DNA from: Takakia lepidozioides
Lineage: Eukaryota; Plantae; Bryophyta
Length of the DNA: 64,000 nt
Direction: 5' to 3'
Assembly (NCBI GenBank): GCA_030704615.1
Contig: CM060732.1
Location: forward strand, 73,532,001-73,596,000
Of the stretch, positions 61,576 through 64,000 are shown one piece after another; within the stretch, counting starts at the first letter, position 1, and every line of letters starts with the position of its first letter. The notes beneath the pieces are model-generated. The model searched no databases. It saw only the letters and a list, made by a program, of their open reading frames with translations, and was not told where the DNA came from. A program made the position numbers and the translations under genes.

Positions 61576-63880
61576 TGTCAAGTTATTTCACCACTAGTGT
61601 GAAACTAGCTAGGAAATAGCTAGCTTTTACATATTGACATTTGGGATTGGCCCAAGTGTCAATCCAGGGGTCAAGGCAGATTTAGACCATGGAGTAGTTA
61701 TCTTCACGGCAAGCGCGGGAGGCTCATCTTTCTCGAGTTGAGCCTCACCGCGCCTAGCTATGGCGCCGTAGTGTGGATTCCCCATGGCGTGGGGTGTACT
61801 TGGCTTGACTTGTATTTGAGTGATGAGTTTATATATGCATGAGTTTATGCTTCAGCTTTGTGAGCTCGCATGAGCTTGTGTTTGTATTCTTCATCTTTAT
61901 CATTCGAGAAAGATGAGCTCGTATCTGTGAATGTCAAATACGAGTTAGTTGTAGCACTTGTGGTTTTCGCTTGAGAATGAGAGAAACCAGGTTGTTATGC
62001 AAGGAGCACCGAGGAGCTCTTGGTTGTTAGGAGCGGAGGCATTGTGGGTTACGAAGTGGTAGACCTTAGCCTTCGTTATTTAGCTTCAGAGATGAAAGCA
62101 CCATGCTACAGGTAATTCCAGAGCACCTTGATGGTTTCAGATTGTGTACATGCATAAACAAGCACGATTGGAAAGATGATCAGTCAAGAGCAGTTATAGT
62201 GGCTCTGGCGGCGAGTCTGAGAACTGGCCTTAGGAATACGAGCTTCCATGGTGCGGAAGAATAAAAGATCAAGCGAGAGGGCTAGGGCAAATCAGTGCAC
62301 TTGGTAGAGTATGTTGAGATTGGGTTTCAATCTCGAGCTTTAGCATTGAGAGGGCTCTTGCCATGGGCTGGAACATGAGCTAAGAGGTGCGGCAAGGCCA
62401 TGGAATGTGCACCTAGGGTTTCAGAGCTTGAAAGAAGAGCTCTTGCACCACAAGAGGAGTGTCTTGTGGCTGGAAATGTAAGCCTTAGGATTTCAGGAGC
62501 TTGGCAAAGACTATAGATTGCTTAGTCTCGTTTTAGAGAGCATCAAGGAGCCAAGGAGCCAAGATAGGGGGCTGATACCTCTTGTGTGAAGGGGTTGCAT
62601 GTATGGAGCATGCATGCAGCCCATTGAAGCTTCCATCTTCAAGCTTGGAGGGCAAGCAAAGAAGAGGGAAGGGCTGATTTCTCTTATTGAGGGCAATGCA
62701 TGTGTGGAGCATGCTTTCAGCTTGTTGAAGGCTTGTACTTTCATGTTTGGAGGTGCAAAAAAAGAAGAAAGGGGTTGGTTTTCCTGTAGGGCATGTGTGG
62801 AACATACTTCCAGCCCGCTGAAGCTTGTATTTTCAGGTTGGTGGGTACAAGAAAGGAAACAAAGGGGCTGATTCTCTTGTGGTGAGAGTGGGGCATGTGT
62901 GGAGCATACATTCGGTCCATTGGGCTTTTGTTTTCAAGCTTTAGAAAGCTAGAATGGAAGGGCTAGGGCTGGTTCCCACTTGGGTGAAAAACAAACACTT
63001 GTAGGGCATATGTGAGTTGGGGTTTCAACCTCAAGCCTAGATAGAGCATGGCTCTTGAAGTGGCAGGTGTAGGGGGCTCGAATAGGCTCTAAGACACATG
63101 CTATGGCCAATGAGAGTGCTTGAAGGAGTGCTCACAAGGGCTGGAAACCATCAAGGCTTGGTTGTTTGCCATTGAGTTTAGTGGCGTGTTTGAGGAGTCT
63201 AAGTGAGAAAGAAGGCTTGGTTTGTGGCAACCATCTTCCTCATGGCTTATGTCAAGGACGAAAACATGAGTGAACACAAACAAGAGGTAAAACTAGAGGT
63301 ACAATGCTAGACAAGAAGTCAAGGTCGGCGTGGCCGAATGCACGATGAGTAAATAAGAATCAAGACGATCTTTATAACAATGAACAAAAGTACAAGATAT
63401 TGGAACACGACTTGAATACTGGAATGCTGGAAACTGGACTGGAGTACCAGATACTGGAAACTGGGCTAGAGTACTGGGAACTGGAAACAAGAGTAGCTTG
63501 AACTGGTGTTGGCGAGACTAAAGAGTGTCCAGTCTCGCCTCCTATATATACTGGATACAAAGAAGCTTTCCCAAGAAGCTTCCCATATGGAGGTTTCTTG
63601 CTGGAGAAGTTTCCAAGATTAAACAAAGATTTCTTGATGAAGAAGTTTCCTAAACAAATGAGGTATTTTGATGGAGAAATTTCCTCCAAATGAAGCTTCC
63701 TGAGTAGTTTCCCAAGTTACTCTTGATAATTTGGTAAACTTCCGGTAACTTGGTAAATATTGGTAAATCATGATAGATCATGGTAAATCACGGTAAGTCA
63801 TGATAACTTCCGGTAACTTGGTAACTTGGTAACTTCTGGTATTTACTCCTGGTAAGTTCTTCTGGGCTATGTCCGTGACA
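61576..63880 (-). mobile_element. 3' LTR (~2.3 kb) of a Ty3/gypsy chromovirus-like retrotransposon
   Basis: Minus strand starts TGTCACGG immediately after the PPT TAGAGGAGGGGATGA (63881-63895) and ends ...CTTGACA at 61576. TATA-like GTATATATAGG near 63545. Confidence 0.8.
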
Positions 63881-64000
63881 TCATCCCCTCCTCTAGCGTT
63901 GAGTTCCTCGAGGAGCGGTAAAATCTTGGACTTGCTTAGAGTTGGAAAAAATCCAAAATCCGACGAATGGTACTTGCCAAGTATTCGGCTCTTCGTTCTT
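63881..64000 (-). mobile_element. PPT and degenerate integrase/chromodomain C-terminus of the Ty3/gypsy element (continues beyond the window)
   Basis: Minus strand KNEEPNTWQVP...NSKQVQDFTAPRGTQR* followed by the polypurine tract. Confidence 0.6.

Noticed and set aside
1-64000. tRNA, rRNA or snRNA genes
   Set aside because: None recognised by eye. tRNAscan-SE and Infernal/Rfam would be needed to exclude them.

Overview
Eukaryotic nuclear DNA from a compact, intron-rich land-plant genome. Short GT-AG introns and the gene set suggest a non-seed plant such as a hornwort, other bryophyte or lycophyte (inference). Nine apparently intact genes were reconstructed by manual splicing: a DUF3754 protein, a UPF0114 protein, an EDR2-like DUF1336 protein, two DWARF27-like isomerases, U2AF35, a UCH3-type deubiquitinase, a VOZ transcription factor and a GH28 polygalacturonase. 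A tenth gene, CGLD27/Ycf36, has a LINE-stuffed 5.3-kb first intron. Two unusual pseudogenes are present: (i) an LRR + divergent uracil-DNA-glycosylase fusion in which one UDG exon lies on the opposite strand between 8-bp inverted repeats, and (ii) a Crinkler-type REase/kinase-like relic split by a LINE insertion with a 16-bp TSD and bracketed by ~300-bp inverted repeats. Mobile DNA includes a TCTC-targeting LINE family (at least 7 fragments), a Tourist-like MITE, Helitron-like ends, an array of about 13 semi-regularly spaced TTTCGC-N3-GCGAAA palindromes, and the 3' end plus LTR of a Ty3/gypsy chromovirus. Family assignments come from remembered motifs, not database searches.
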